Of a DNA stretch of 64,000 nt, positions 41,500-57,200 are shown one piece after another. Numbering within the stretch: the first letter of the stretch is position 1; each line of letters begins with the position of its first letter. The notes under the pieces are model-generated. The model saw only the letters and a list, made by a program, of their open reading frames with translations. It was not told the DNA's origin and made no database searches. This DNA comes from the human T2T-CHM13v2.0 reference genome, Homo sapiens, in NCBI RefSeq assembly GCF_009914755.1, contig NC_060933.1; one strand, given 5' to 3'. A program made the translations under genes and the position numbers.

Positions 41500-44400
41500 T
41501 TCCATTCCATTCCTTTCCATTCCATTCCATTCGGATTCATTTTATTCAATTCCCTTACACTCCATTACATTCCATTCGATTCGTGTAGTTTCCATTCCAT
41601 TCCATTCCATTCCTCTCCATTCCATTGCACTCGTGTTGATTCCATTCCATTCCATTACATTCCATTCCATTCCATTCCATTCCATTCCGGATGATTCCAT
41701 TCCATTGAATTCCATTCCATTCCATTCCCCTGCACTTGGGTTGATTCCATTCCATTCCATTCCATTCCTTTCTGTTCCATTCAATTCCATTCCATTCCAT
41801 TCTATTCGTGTTAATTCCATTCCATTCTATTCCATTCCATTCCATTGAAATCGAGTTGATTCCATTCCATTCCATTCCATTCCATTCCATTCCGGATGAT
41901 TCCATTCCATTGCATTCCATTCCATTCCATTCCCCTGCACTCAGGTTGATTCCATTCCATTCCATTACTTTACATTCCATTCCATTCCGTTCCATTTCAT
42001 TCTATTTGGGTTAATTCCATTCCATTCCATTCCACTCCATTCCAGTCCTTTCCATTCCATTCCACTCGGGTTGATTCCATTCTATTCCTTTCAATTCCAT
42101 TCCATTCCATTGCAATCGAGTTGATTCCATTCGAGTTGAATCCATTCCATTCCATTCCATTCCATTCCATTCCATTCCATTCCATTTCATTCCATTCCAT
42201 TCTATTCCGTACCATTCCATTCCATCCCATTCCATTCCGTTCCATTCCATGCCATTACACTCGGGTTGATTCCAGTCCTTTCCATTCCATTCTTGTTGAA
42301 TCCATTCCATTCCATTCCATTCCATTCGAATCCATTCCATTGCTCTTGGGTTGATTCCATTCCATTCCATTCCATTCCATTTCATTCCATTCCATTCCAT
42401 TACATTCGGATTGATTCTATTCAATTCCCTTACACTCCATTACATTCCATTCCTTTCGGGATGTTTCCATTCCATTCCATTCCATTCCACTCAATTCCAC
42501 TGCATCAGGTTGATTGCATTCCATTCCATTCCATTCCATTCCGGATGATTGCATTCCATTGAATTCCATTCCTTCCCATTCCCCTGCACTCGGGTTGATT
42601 CCATTCCATTCCATTCCATTCCATTCCATTCCGTTCCATTCCGTTCCGTTCCATTCCATTCCATTCTTTTCCGGTTAATTCCATTCCATTCCATTCGATT
42701 CCATTCCATTCCATTCCATTCCATTGCAATCGAGTTGATTCCATTCCATTCCAGTCCATTCCGTTCCGGATGATTCCATTCCATTCCATTCCATTCCATT
42801 CCATTCCCCTGCAGTCGGGTTGATTCCATTCCATTCCATTCCATTCCATTCCATTCCATTCCGTTCAATTCCATTCCATTCCATTCTATTCGGGTTAATT
42901 CCATTCCATTCCATTCCATTCCATTCCATTCCATTCCATTCCAATCTAGTTGTTTCCATTCCATTCCATTCCATTCCATTCCACTCCATTCCAGTCATTT
43001 CCATTCCATTACACTCGGGTTGATTCCATTCTATTCCTTTCCATTCCATTCCATTCCATTGCAATCGAGTTGATTCCATTGCTTTGCATTCCATTCCATT
43101 CCATTCCATTCCGGATGATTCCATTCCATTGCATTCCATTCCATTCCATTCCCCTGCACTCGGGTTGATTCTATTCCATTCCACTCCATTCCGTTCCATT
43201 CCATTCCATTCCATTGTATTCGGGTTAATTCTATTCCATTCCATTCCATTCCATTCCATTCCATTCCATTACAATCGAGTTGATTCCGTTCCATTCCATT
43301 CCATTCCATTCCATTGCATTCCATTCCATGCCATTCCACTCGGGTTGATTCCATTCCTTTGCATTCCATTCCATTCCATTCCATTCCATTCCATTCCATT
43401 CCATTCCGTTGCATTCCATTCCATTACATTCGGATTGATTCTATTCAACTCCCTTACTCTCCATTACATTAAATTCTATTCGGGTTGTTCCATTCCATTC
43501 CATTCCATTCCACTCCATTCCATTGCACTCGGGTTGATTCCATTCCATTCCATTCCATTCCATTCCATTCCGGATGATTCCATTCCATTGCATTCCGTTC
43601 CATTACATTCCTCTGCACTCGCGTTGATTCCATTCCATTCCATTCCATTCCATTCAATTCCATTCTCTTACAATTCGTTCCATTCCATTCTATTCCGTAC
43701 CATTCCATTCCATTCCATACCATTCCATTCCATTGCATTCCATTCCATTCCATTCCATTCCATTCCTTTCCATTCCATTCCATTCCATTCCATTCCATTC
43801 GGGTTAATTCCATTCCATTCCATTCCATTCCATTCTATTCCATTCCATTGCAATCGAGTTGAATCCATTGCATTTCATTCCATTCCATTCCATTCCATTC
43901 CATTCCATTCCAGAAGATTCCATTCCATTGCATTCCATTCCATTCCATTCCCCTGCACTCGCGTTGATTCCATTCCATTCCATTCCATTCCATTCCATTC
44001 CATTCCATTCCGTTCCGTTCCATTCCATTCCATTCCATTCCGTTCCGTTCCATTCCATTCCATTCCATTCTATTCGGGTTAATTCCATTCCATTCCATTC
44101 GATTGCAATCGTGTTGATTCCATTCCATTCCATTCCATTCCATTCCATTCCATTCCATTCCATTCCTTTCCATTCCATTACGGATGATTCCATTCCATTG
44201 CATTCCATTCCATTCCATTCCCCTGTACTCGGGTTGATTCCATTCCATTGCATTCCAATCCATGCCCTTCCACTCGTGTTGATTCCATTCTTTCCATTCC
44301 ATTCAAGTTGAATCCATTCCATTGCATTCCATTCCATTCGATTCCATTCGATTGCACTCGGGTTGATTCTATTCCATTGCATTCCATTCCATTCCATTCC

Positions 44401-47400
44401 ATTCCATTCCATTCCATTCCGTTCCATTCCATTCGTATTGATTCTATTCAAATCCCTTACACTCCATTACATTCCATTCCATTCGGGTAGTTTCCATTCC
44501 ATTCCATTCCATTCCTTTCCATTCCATTGCACTCGGGTTGATTCCATTCCATTGCATTCCATTCCATTCCATTGAATTCCATTCCGTTCCATTCCACTCC
44601 ATTACATTCGGATTGATTCTATTCAACTCCCTTACTCTCCATTACATTCCATTCCATTCGGGCTGTTCCATTCCATTCCATTCCATTCCACTCCATTCCA
44701 TTGCACTCGGGTTTATTGCATTCCATTCCATTCCATTCCATTCCATTCCATTCCATTCCATTCCGGAAGATTCCATTCCATTGCATTCCATTCCATTCCA
44801 TTCCCCTGCACTCGCGTTGATTCCATTCCATTCCATTCCATTCCATTCCATTCCATTCCATTCCATTCCTTTCCTTTCCATTCCATTCCATTCCATTCCA
44901 TTCCATTCCATTCCATTCCGTTCCGTTCCGTTCCATTCCATTCCATTCCATTCTATTCGGGTTAATTCCCTTCCATTCCATTCGATTGCAATCGAGTTGA
45001 TTCCATTCCATTCCATTCCATTCCATTCCATTCCTTTCCATTCCATTCCTTTCCATTCCATTACGGATGATTCCATTCCATTGCATTCCATTCCATTCCA
45101 TTCCCCTGTACTCGGGTTGATTCCATTCCATTCCATTCCAATCCATGCCATTCCACTCGTGTTGATTCCATTCTTTCCATTCCATTCAAGTTGAATCCAT
45201 TCCATTGCATTCCATTGCATTCCATTCCCCTGCAGTCGGGTTGATTCCATTCCATTCCATTCCATTCCATTCCATTCCATTCCATTCCGTTACGTTCCGT
45301 TCCATTCCATTCCATTCCATTGCACTCGGGTTGATTCCATTCCATTGCATTCCATTCCATTCCATTCCATTCCATTCCATTCCATTCCATTCTGTTCCAT
45401 TCCATTCCATTACACTCGGATTGATTCTTTTCAACTCCCTTACTCTCCATTACATTCCATTCCATTCGGGTTGTTCCATTCCATTCCATTCCATTCCACT
45501 CCATTCCATTGCACTCGTGTTGATTCCATTCCATTCCATTCCATTCCATTCCGGATGATTCCATTCCATTGCATTCCGTTCCATTACATTCCCCTGCACT
45601 CGGGTTGATTCCATTCCATTCCATTCCATTCCATTCGATTCCATTCCATTCCCCTGCACCCGCGTTGATTCCATTCCATTCCATTCCATTCCATTTCATT
45701 CCATTCCATTCCATTCCTTTCCGTTCCATTCCATTCCATTCCATTCCATTCCGTTCCATTCCATTCGATTCCAATCCATTCTATTCGGGTTAATTCCATT
45801 CCATTCCATTCGATTGCAATCGAGTTGATTGCATTCCATTCCATTCCATTCCATTCCATTCCATTCCTTTCCATTCCATTACGGATGATTCCATTCCATT
45901 GCATTACATTCCATTCCATTCCCCTGTACTCGGGTTGATTCCATTCCATTCCATTCCATTCCATTCTATTCCATTCCATTCCATTCCATTCCGGAAGATT
46001 CCATTCCATTGCATTCCAATCCATTCCATTCCCCTGCACTCGCGTTGATTTCATTCCATTCCATTCGATTCCATTCGATTGCACTCGGGTTGATTCCATG
46101 GCATTGCATTCCATTCCATTCCATTCCATTCCATTCCATTCCATTCCTTTCCATTCCATTCCATTCGGATTCATTTTATTCAATTCCCTTACACTCCATT
46201 ACATTCCATTCGATTCGTGTAGTTTCCATTCCATTCCATTCCATTCCTCTCCATTCCATTGCACTCGTGTTGATTCCATTCCATTCCATTACATTCCATT
46301 CCATTCCATTCCATTCCATTCCGGATGATTCCATTCCATTGAATTCCATTCCATTCCATTCCCCTGCACTTGGGTTGATTCCATTCCATTCCATTCCATT
46401 CCTTTCTGTTCCATTCAATTCCATTCCATTCCATTCTATTCGTGTTAATTCCATTCCATTCTATTCCATTCCATTCCATTGAAATCGAGTTGATTCCATT
46501 CCATTCCATTCCATTCCATTCCATTCCATTCCATTCCATTCCGGATGATTCCATTCCATTGCATTCCATTCCATTCCATTCCCCTGCACTCAGGTTGATT
46601 CCATTCCATTCCATTACTTTACATTCCATTCCATTCCGTTCCATTTCATTCTATTTGGGTTAATTCCATTCCATTCCATTCCACTCCATTCCAGTCCTTT
46701 CCATTCCATTCCACTCGGGTTGATTCCATTCTATTCCTTTCAATTCCATTCCATTCCATTGCAATCGAGTTGATTCCATTCGAGTTGAATCCATTCCATT
46801 CCATTCCATTCCATTCCATTCCATTCCATTCCATTCCATTTCATTCCATTCCATTCTATTCCGTACCATTCCATTCCATCCCATTCCATTCCGTTCCATT
46901 CCATGCCGTTACACTCGGGTTGATTCCAGTCCTTTCCATTCCATTCTTGTTGAATCCATTCCATTCCATTCCATTCCATTCCATTCCATTCCATTCCATT
47001 CGAATCCATTCCATTGCTCTCGGGTTGATTCCATTCCATTCCATTCCATTCCATTTCATTCCATTCCATTCCATTACATTCGGATTGATTCTATTCAATT
47101 CCCTTACACTCCATTACATTCCATTCCTTTCGGGATGTTTCCATTCCATTCCATTCCATTCCACTCAATTCCACTGCATCAGGTTGATTGCATTCCATTC
47201 CATTCCATTCCATTCCGGATGATTGCATTCCATTGAATTCCATTCCTTTCCATTCCCCTGCACTCGGGTTGATTCCATTCCATTCCATTCCATTCCATTC
47301 CATTCCGTTCCATTCCGTTCCATTCCATTCCATTCCATTCTTTTCCGGTTAATTCCATTCCATTCCATTCGATTCCATTCCATTCCATTCCATTCCATTG

Positions 47401-48200
47401 CAATCGAGTTGATTCCATTCCATTCCAGTCCATTCCGTTCCGCATGATTCCATTCCATTCCATTCCATTCCATTCCATTCCATTCCATTCCATTCTCTTA
47501 CAATTCGTTCCATTCCATTCTATTCCGTACCATTCCATTCCATTCCATACCATTCCATTCCATTCCATTCCATTCCATTCCATTCCATTCCATTCCTTTC
47601 CATTCCATTCCATTCCATTCCATTCCATTCGGGTTAATTCCATTCCATTCCATTCCATTCCATTCTATTCCATTCCATTGCAATCGAGTTGAATCCATTG
47701 CATTTCATTCCATTCCATTCCATTCCATTCCATTCCAGAAGATTCCATTCCATTGCATTCCATTCCATTCCATTCCCCTGCACTCGCGTTGATTCCATTC
47801 CATTCCATTCCATTCCATTCCATTCCATTCCATTCCGTTCCGTTCCATTCCATTCCATTCCATTCTATTCGGGTTAATTCCATTCCATTCCATTCGATTG
47901 CAATCGTGTTGATTCCATTCCATTCTATTCCATTCCATTCCATTCCATTCCATTCCATTCCTTTCCATTCCATTACGGATGATTCCATTCCATTGCATTC
48001 CATTCCTTTCCATTCCCCTGTACTCGGGTTGATTCCATTCCATTGCATTCCAATCCATGCCCTTCCACTCGTGTTGATTCCATTCTTTCCATTCCATTCA
48101 AGTTGAATCCATTCCATTGCATTCCATTCCATTCGATTCCATTCGATTGCACTCGGGTTGATTCTATTCCATTGCATTCCATTCCATTCCATTCCATTCC
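41500..48200 (+). repeat. Duplicated block: 41.5-44.4 kb matches 46.14-48.2 kb, with the second copy lacking ~0.85 kb
   Basis: GGATTCATTTTATTC at 41533/46167, CATTACTTTAC at ~41963/46612 and CCTTTCGGGATG at 42452/47126 (offset 4.63-4.67 kb). Then CATTCTCTTACAATTCG at 43661/47491 and CCAGAAGATT at 43910/47735 (offset ~3.83 kb). Confidence 0.85.
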
Positions 48201-51200
48201 ATTCCATTCCATTCTGGAAGATTCCATTCCATTGCATTCCATTCCATTCCATTCCCCTGCACTCGCGTTGATTCCATTCCATTCCATTCCATTCCATTCC
48301 ATTCCATTCCATTCCATTCCATTCCTTTCCGTTCCATTCCATTCCATTCCATTCCATTCCATTCCATTCCGTTCCGTTCCCTTCCGTTCCGTTCCATTCC
48401 ATTCCAATCCTTTCCATTCCATTCCATTCCATTCCTTTCCGTTCCATTCCATTCCATTCCATTCCATTCCATTCCATTCCGTTCCGTTCCGTTCCATTCC
48501 ATTCCATTCCATTCTATTCGGGTTAATTCCATTCCATTCCATTCGACTGCAATCGAGTTGATTCCATTCCATTCCATTCCATTCCATTCCATTCCATTCC
48601 ATTCCTTTCCATTCCATTACGGATGATTCCATTCCATTGCATTCCATTCCATTCCATTCCCCTGTACTCGGGTTGATTCCATTCCATTCCATTCCAATCC
48701 ATGCCATTCCACTCGTGTTCATTCCATTCTTTCCATTCCATTCAAGTTGAATCCATTCCATTGCATTCCATTCAATTCCATTCCCCTGCAGTCGGGTTGA
48801 TTCCATTCCATTTCATTCCATTCCATTCCATTCCATTCCATTCCTTTCCGTTCCGTTCCATTCCATTCCATTCCATTCCATTCTATTCGGGTTAATTCCA
48901 TTCCATTCCATTCCATTCCATTCCAATCGAGTTGATTCCATTCCATTCCATTCCATTCCATTCCACTCCATTCCAGTCCTTTCCATTCCATTCCACTCGG
49001 GTTGATTCCAATGTATTCCTTTCCATTCCATTCCATTTCATTGCAATCGAGTTGATTCCATTGCTTTGCATTCCATTCCATTCCATTCCATTCCGGATGA
49101 TTCCATTCCATTGCATTCCATTCCATTCCATTCCCCTGCACTCGGGTTGATTCCATTCCATTCCACTCCATTCCGTTCCATTCCATTCCATTCCATTGTA
49201 TTCGGGTTAATTCCATTCCATTCCATTCCATTCCATTCCATTCCATTCCATTCCATCACAATCGAGTTGGTTCCATTCCATTCCATTCCATTCCATTCCA
49301 TTCCGGATGATTCCATTCCATTACATTCCGTTCCATTACATTCCCCTGCACTCGGGTTGATTCCATTCCATTCCATTCCATTCGATTCCATTCCATTCCA
49401 ATTCTTTCCATTCCATTCTATTCCGTACCATTCCATGCCATTCCATACCATTCCATTCCATTCCATTCCATTCCGTTCCGTTCCGTTCCGTTCCGTTCCT
49501 TTCCATTCCATTCCATTTTATTCGGGTTAATTCCATTCCATTCCATTCCATTCCATTCTATTCCATTCCATTGCAATCGAGTTGAATCCATTGCATTCCA
49601 TTCCATTCCATTCCGGAAGATTCCATTCCATTGCATTCCATTCCATTCCATTCCCCTGCACTCGCGTTGATTCCAGTCCATTCCATTCCATTCCATTCCA
49701 TTCCGTTCCGTTCCGTTCCATTCGATTCCATTCCATTCCGTTCCGTTCCGTTCCGTTCCATTCCATTCCATTCTATTCGGGTTAATTCCATTCCATTCCA
49801 TTCGATTGCAATCGAGTTGATTCCATTCCATTCCATTCCATTCCATTCCATTCCATTCCATTCCATTCCTTTCCATTCCATTACGGATGATTCCATTCCA
49901 TTGCATTCCATTCCATTCCATTCCCCTGTACTCGGGTTGATTCCATTCCATTCCATTCCATTCCATTCTATTGCATTCCATTCCATTCCATTCCGGAAGA
50001 TTCCATTCCATTGCATTCCATTCCATTCCATTCCCCTGCACTCGCGTTGATTCCATTCCATTCCATTCCATTCCATTCCATTCCATTCCGTTCCTTTCCA
50101 TTCCATTCCATTCCATTCCATTCCATTCCGTTCCGTTCCATTCTATTCCATTCCATTCTATTCGGGTTAATTCCATTCCATTCCATTCGATTGTAATCGT
50201 GTTGATTCCATTCCATTCCATTCCATTCCATTCCATTCCATTCCATTGCAATCGAGTTGAATCCATTGCATTTCATTCCATTCCATTCCATTCCATTCCA
50301 TTCCGGAAGATTCCATTCCATTGCATTCCATTCCATTCCATTCCCCTGCACTCGCGTTGATTCCATTCCATTCCATTCCATTCCATTCCATTGCATTCCA
50401 TTCCATTCCATTCCCGTGCACTCGCGTTGATTCCATTCCATTCCATTCCATTCCATTCCATTCCATTCCATTCCATTCCATTCCGTTCCGTTCCGTTCCG
50501 TTCCATTCCATTCCATTCCATTCCATTCCTTTCCATTCCATTACGGATGATTCCATTGCAGTGCATTCCATTCCATTCCATTCCCCTGTACTCGGGTTGA
50601 TTTCATTCCATTTCATTCCAATCCATGCCCTTCCACTCGTGTTGATTCCATTCTTTCCATTCCATTCAAGTTGAATCCATTCCATTGCATTCCATTCCAT
50701 TCGATTCCATTCGATTGCACTCGGGTTGATTCCATTCCGTTGCATTCCATTCCATTCCATTCCATTCCATTCCATTCCGTTCCATTCCATTCCATTACAT
50801 TCGGATTGATTCTATTCAATTCCCTTACACTCCATTACATTCCATTCCATTCGGGTAGTTTCCATTCCATTCCATTCCATTCCTCTCCATTCCATTGCAC
50901 TCGGGTTGATTCCATTCCATTGCATTCCATTCCATTCCATTCAATTCCATTCCGTTCCATTCCATTCCATTACATTCAGATTGATTCTATTCAACTCCCT
51001 TACTCTCCATTACATTCCATTCCGTTCGGGTTGTTCCATTCCATTCCATTCCATTCCATTCCATTCCGGAAGATTCCATTCCATTGCATTCCATTCCATT
51101 CCATTCCCCTGCACTCGCGTTGATTCCATTCCATTCCATTCCATTCCATTCCATTCCATTCCATTCCATTCCATTACATTCTTTTCCGTTCCATTCCATT

Positions 51201-54200
51201 CCACTCCATTCTATTCGGGTTAATTCCATTCCATTCCATTCGATTGCAATCGATTTGATTCCATTCCATTCCATTCCATTCCATTCTATTCCCTTCCATT
51301 CCATTACGGATGATTCCATTCCATTGCATTCCATTCCATTCCATTCCCCTGTACTCGGGTTGATTCCATTCCATTCCATTCCAATCCATGCCATTCCACT
51401 CGTGTCGATTCCATTCTTTCCATTCCATTCAAGTTGAATCCATTCCATTGCATTCAATTCCATTCCCCTGCAGTCGGGTTGATTCCATTCCATTCCATTC
51501 CATTCCATTCCATTTCGTTCCGTTCCGTTCCATTCCATTCCATTCCATTCTATTCGGGTTAATTCCATTCCATTCCATTCCATTCCATTCCATTCCAATC
51601 GAGTTGATTCCATTCCATTCCATTCCATTCCATTCCACTCCATTCCAGTCCTTTCCATTCCATTCCACTTGGGTTGATTCCAATGTATTCCTTTCCATTC
51701 CATTCCATTCCATTGCAATCGAGTTGATTCCATTGCTTTGCATTCCATTCCATTCCATTCCATTCCGGATGATTCCATTCCATTGCATTCCATTCCATTC
51801 CATTCCCCTGCACTCGGGTTGATTCCATTCCATTCCACTCCATTCCGTTCCATTCCATTCTATTCCATTGTATTCGGGTTAATTCCATTCCATTCCATTC
51901 CATTCCATTCCATTCCATTCCATTCCATTACATTCGAGTTGATTCCATTCCATTCCATTCCATTCCATTCCAGTCCTTTCCATTCCATTCCACTCGGGTT
52001 GACTCCATTCTATTAGTTTCCATTCCATTCCATTCCCTTCCATTCCACTCTGGTTGATTCCATTCCTTTCCATTCCACTCGAAAACATTCCCTCCTATTC
52101 CACTCGGAACGATTCCATTCCATTCCATTCCATTCCATTCCATTCCATTCCATTCCAGTTCGTTCCATTCCGTTCTATTCCGTACCATTCCATTCCATTC
52201 CATTCCTTTCCATTCCATTCCTTTCCACTAGTGTTGATTCCATTCCTTTCCATTCCATTCGGTTTGAAGGCATTCCATTCCATTCAATTCCATTCCATTC
52301 TATTCCATTCCATTCCATTCTATTCCATTCCATTGCAATCGAGTTGAATCCATTGCCTTTCATTCCATTCCATTCCATTCCATTCCATTCCATTCCGGAA
52401 GATTCCATTCCATTGCATTCCATTCCATTCCATTCCCCTGCACTCGCGTTGATTCCATTCCATTCCATTCCATTCCATTCCGTTCCGTCCCATTCCATTC
52501 CATTCCATTCCATTCCATTCCATTCCGTTCCGTTCCATTCCATGCCATTCCATTCTATTCGGGTTAATTCCATTCCATTCCATTCGATTGCCATCAATTT
52601 GATTCCATTCCATTCCATTCCATTCCATTCCATTCCTTTCCATTCCATTACGGATGACTCCTTTCCATTGCATTCCATTCCATTCCATTCCCCTGTACTC
52701 GGGTTGATTCCATTCCATTCCATTCCACTCCATTCGGTTCCGTTGCATTCCATTCTATTGCATTCCATTCTATTCGGGTTAATTCCATTCCATTCTATTC
52801 CATTCCATTCCATTCCATTCCATTGCAATGGAGTTGATTCCATTCCATTCCATTCCATTCCGGATGATTCCATTCCATTGCATTCCATTCCATTCCATTC
52901 CCCTGCACTCGTGTTGATTCCATTCCCTTCCATTCCATTCCATTCCGTTCCATTCCATTCCATTCCATTCTATTCCGGTTAATTCCATTCCATTCCATTC
53001 CATTCCATTCCATTCCATTCCATTCCATTGCAATCGAGTTGAATCCATTCCATTCCATTCCATTCCATTCCATTCCATTCCATTCCATTGCAATCGAGTT
53101 GATTCCATTCCATTCCTTTCCATTCCATTCCATTGCCTTGCATTCCACTCGGGTTGATTCCATTCCCTTCTTTCCACTCCATTACTTTCCCTTCCATGAT
53201 TGATTCCATTCCATTCCATTCCATTTCATTCCATTGCAATCCATTCCAATCCATTCCATTCCATTCCATTCCACTCGAGTTGACTTCATTCCATTCCTTT
53301 CCATTCCATTCCATTCCTTTCCACTCGAGTTGATTCCATTTCATTCCAATCCATTGCATTCCATTCCATGCCATTCCACTCGGGTTGATTCCATTCCTTT
53401 GCATTCCATTCCATTCCATTCCATTCCATTCCATTCCGTTGCATTCCATTCCATTACATTCGGATTGATTCTATTCAACTCCCTTACTCTCCATTACATT
53501 CCATTCCATTCGGGTTGTTCCATTCCATTCCATTCCGTTCCACTCCATTCCATTGCACTCGGGTTGATTCCATTCCATTCCATTCCATTCCGGATGATTC
53601 CATTCCATTGCATTCCGTTCCATTACATTCCCCTGCACTCGCGTTGATTCCATTCCATTCCATTCCTTTCCATTCAATTCCATTCCATTACAATTCGTTC
53701 CATTCCATTCTATTCCGTACCATTCCATTCCATTCCATACCATTCCATTCCATTCCATTCCATTCCATTCCATTCCATTCCGTTCCATTCCGTTCCATTC
53801 CATTCCATTCCATTCTATTCGGGTTAATCCCATTCCATTCCATTCCATTCCATTCTATTCCATTCCATTGCAATCGAGTTGAATCCATTGCATTTCATTC
53901 CATTCCATTCCATTCCATTTCATTCCGGAAGATTCCATTCCATTACATTCCATTCCATGCCATTTCCCTGCACTCGCGTTGATTCCATTCCATTCCATTC
54001 CATTCCATTCCATTCCATTCCGTTCCGTTCCGTTCCATTCCATTCCATTCCATTCCATTCCATTCCATTCCTTTCCGTTCCATTCCATTCCATTCCATTC
54101 TATTCGGGTTAATTCCATTCCATTCCATTCGATTGCAATCGTGTTGATTCCATTCCATTCCATTCCATACCATTCCATTCCATTCCATTCCTTTCCATTC

Positions 54201-57200
54201 CATTACGGATGATTCCATTCCATTGCATTCCATTCCATTCCATTCCCCTGTACTCGGGTTGATTCCATTCCATTGCATTCCAATCCATGCCCTTACACTC
54301 GTGTTGATTCCATTCTTTCCATTCCATTCAAGTTGAATCCAATCCATTGCATTCCATTCCATTCGATTCCATTCGATTGCACTCGGGTTGATTCCATTCC
54401 ATTGCATTCCATTCCATTCCATTCCATTCCATTCCATTCCATTCCATTCCGTTCCATTCCATTCCATTACATTCGGATTGATTCTATTCAATTCCCTTAC
54501 ACTCCATTACATTCCATTCCATTGGGGTAGTTTCCATTCCATTCCATTCCATTCCTCTCCATTCCATTGCACTCGGGTTGATTCCATTCCATTGCATTCC
54601 ATTCCATTCCTTTCAATTCCATTCCGTTCCATTCCATTCCATTACATTCGGATTGACTCTATTCAACTCCCTTACTCTCCATTACATTCCATTCCATTCG
54701 GCCTGTTCCATTCCATTCCATTCCATTCCACTCCATTCCATTGCACTCGGGTTTATTCCATTCCATTCCATTCCATTCCATTCCATTCCGGAAGATTCCA
54801 TTCCATTGCATTCCATTCCATTCCATTCCCCTGCACTCGCGTTGATTCCATTCCATTCCATTCCATTCCATTCCATTCCATTCCATTCCATTCCATTCCT
54901 TTCCGTTCCATTCCATTCCATTCCATTCCATTCCATTCCGTTCTGTTCCGTTCCGCTCCATTCCATTCCATTCCATTCTATTCGGGTTAATTCCATTCCA
55001 TTCCATTCGATTGCAATCGAGTTGATTCCATTCCATTCCATTCCATTCCATTCCATTCCATTCCATTCCTTTCCATTCCATTACGGATGATTCCATTCCA
55101 TTGCATTCCATTCCATTCCATTCCCCTGTACTCGGGTTGATTCCATTCCATTCCATTCCAATCCATGCCATTCCACTCGTGTTGATTCCATTCTTTCTAT
55201 TCCATTCAAGTTGAATCCATTGCATTGCATTCCATTCCATTCCATTCCCCTGCAGTCGGGTTGATTCCATTCCGTTCCATTCCATTCCATTCCATTCCAT
55301 TCCATTCCGTTCCATTCCATTCCATTCCATTCCATTCTATTCGGGTTAATTCCTTTCCATTCCTTTCCATTCCATTCCACTCCATTCCATTCCATTCCAT
55401 TCCATTACAATCGAGTTGATTCCATTCCGTTCCATTCCATACCATTCCATTCCATTCCATTCCATTCCATTCCATTCCATTCCATTCCGTTCCATTCCGT
55501 TCCATTCCATTCCATTCCATTCTATTCGGGTTAATTCCATTGCATTCCATTCCATTGTATTCCATTCCATTGCAATCGAGTTGAATCCAGTGCATTTCTT
55601 TCCATTCCATTCCATTCCATTCCGGAAGATTCCATTCCATTGCATTCCATTCCATTCCATTCCCCTGCACTCGCGTTGATTCCATTCCATTCCATTCCAT
55701 TCCATTCCTTTCCATTCCATTCCATTCCGTTCCGTTCCATTCCATTCCATTCCATTCCATTCCATTCCATGCCGTTACGTTCCATTCCATTCCATTCCAT
55801 TCTATTCGGGTTAATTCCATTCCATTCCATTCGATTGCAATCGAGTTGATTCCATTCTATTCCATTCCATTCCATTCCATTCCATTCCATTCCATTCCAT
55901 TCCGTTCCGTTCCATTTCAATCCATTCCATTCCGTTCCGTTCCGTTCCATTCCATTCCATTCCATTCCATTCCATTCTATTCGGGTTAATTCCATTCCAT
56001 TCCATTCGATTGCAATCGAGTTGATTCCATTCCATTCCATTCCATTCCATTCCTTTCCATTCCATTACGGATGATTCCATTCCATTGCATTCCATTCCAT
56101 TCCATTCCCCTGTACTCGGGTTGATTCCATTCCATTCCATTCCAATCCATGCCATTCCACTCGTGTTGATTCCATTCTTTCCATTCCATTCAAGTTGAAT
56201 CCATTCCATTGCATTCCATTCCATTCGATTCCATTCGATTGCACTCGGGTTGATTCCATTCCATTGCATTCCATTCCATTCCATTCCATTCCATTCCATT
56301 CCATTCCATTCCGTTCCATTCCATTTCATTACATTCAGATTGATTCTATTCAATTCCCTTAGACTCCATTATATTCCAATCCATTCTGGTTGTTTCCATT
56401 CCATTCCATTCCATTTCACTCCATTCCATTGCACTCGGGTTGATTGCATTCCATTCCATTCCATTGCATTCCATTCCATTCCTTTCCGGATGATTCCATT
56501 GCATTGCATTCCATTCCATTCCATTCCCCTGCACTCGGGTTGATTCCTTTCCATTCCATTACATTACATTCCGTTCCATTCCATTCCATTCCATTCGGAT
56601 TGATTCTACTCAATTCCCTTACACTCCAATACATTCCATTCCATTCGGGTAGTTTCCATTCCATTCCATTCCATTCCTCTCCATTCCATTGCACTCGGGT
56701 TGATTCTATTCCATTCCATTCTATTCCATTCCATTCCATTGCATTCCATTCCATTCCATTCCGTTGTACTCGTGTTGATTCCATTCCATTGCATTCCATT
56801 CCATTCCATTCCATTCCATTCCATTCCATTCCATTCCGTTCCATTCCATTACATTCGGATTGATTCTATTCAACTCCCTTACTCTCCATAACATTCCATT
56901 CCATTCGGGTTGTTCCATTCCATTCCATTCCATTCCACTCCATTCCTTTGCCCTCGGGTTGATTCCATTCCAATCTATTCCATTCCATTCCATTCCATTC
57001 CATTCCATTCCATTCCGGATGATTCCATTCCATTGCATTCCGTTCCATTGCATTCCCCTGCACTCGGGTTGATTCCATTCCATTCCATTCCATTACATTA
57101 CATTACATTCTATTCCATTCCAATTCTTTCCTTTCCATTCTATTCCGTACCATTCGATTCCATTCCATACAATTCCATTCCATTCCATTCCATTCCATTC

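Noticed and set aside
43084-44082. Longest ORF (332 aa, + strand)
   Set aside because: Same IPFHS repeat; its length only reflects chance absence of in-frame TGA/TAA from the decamers.
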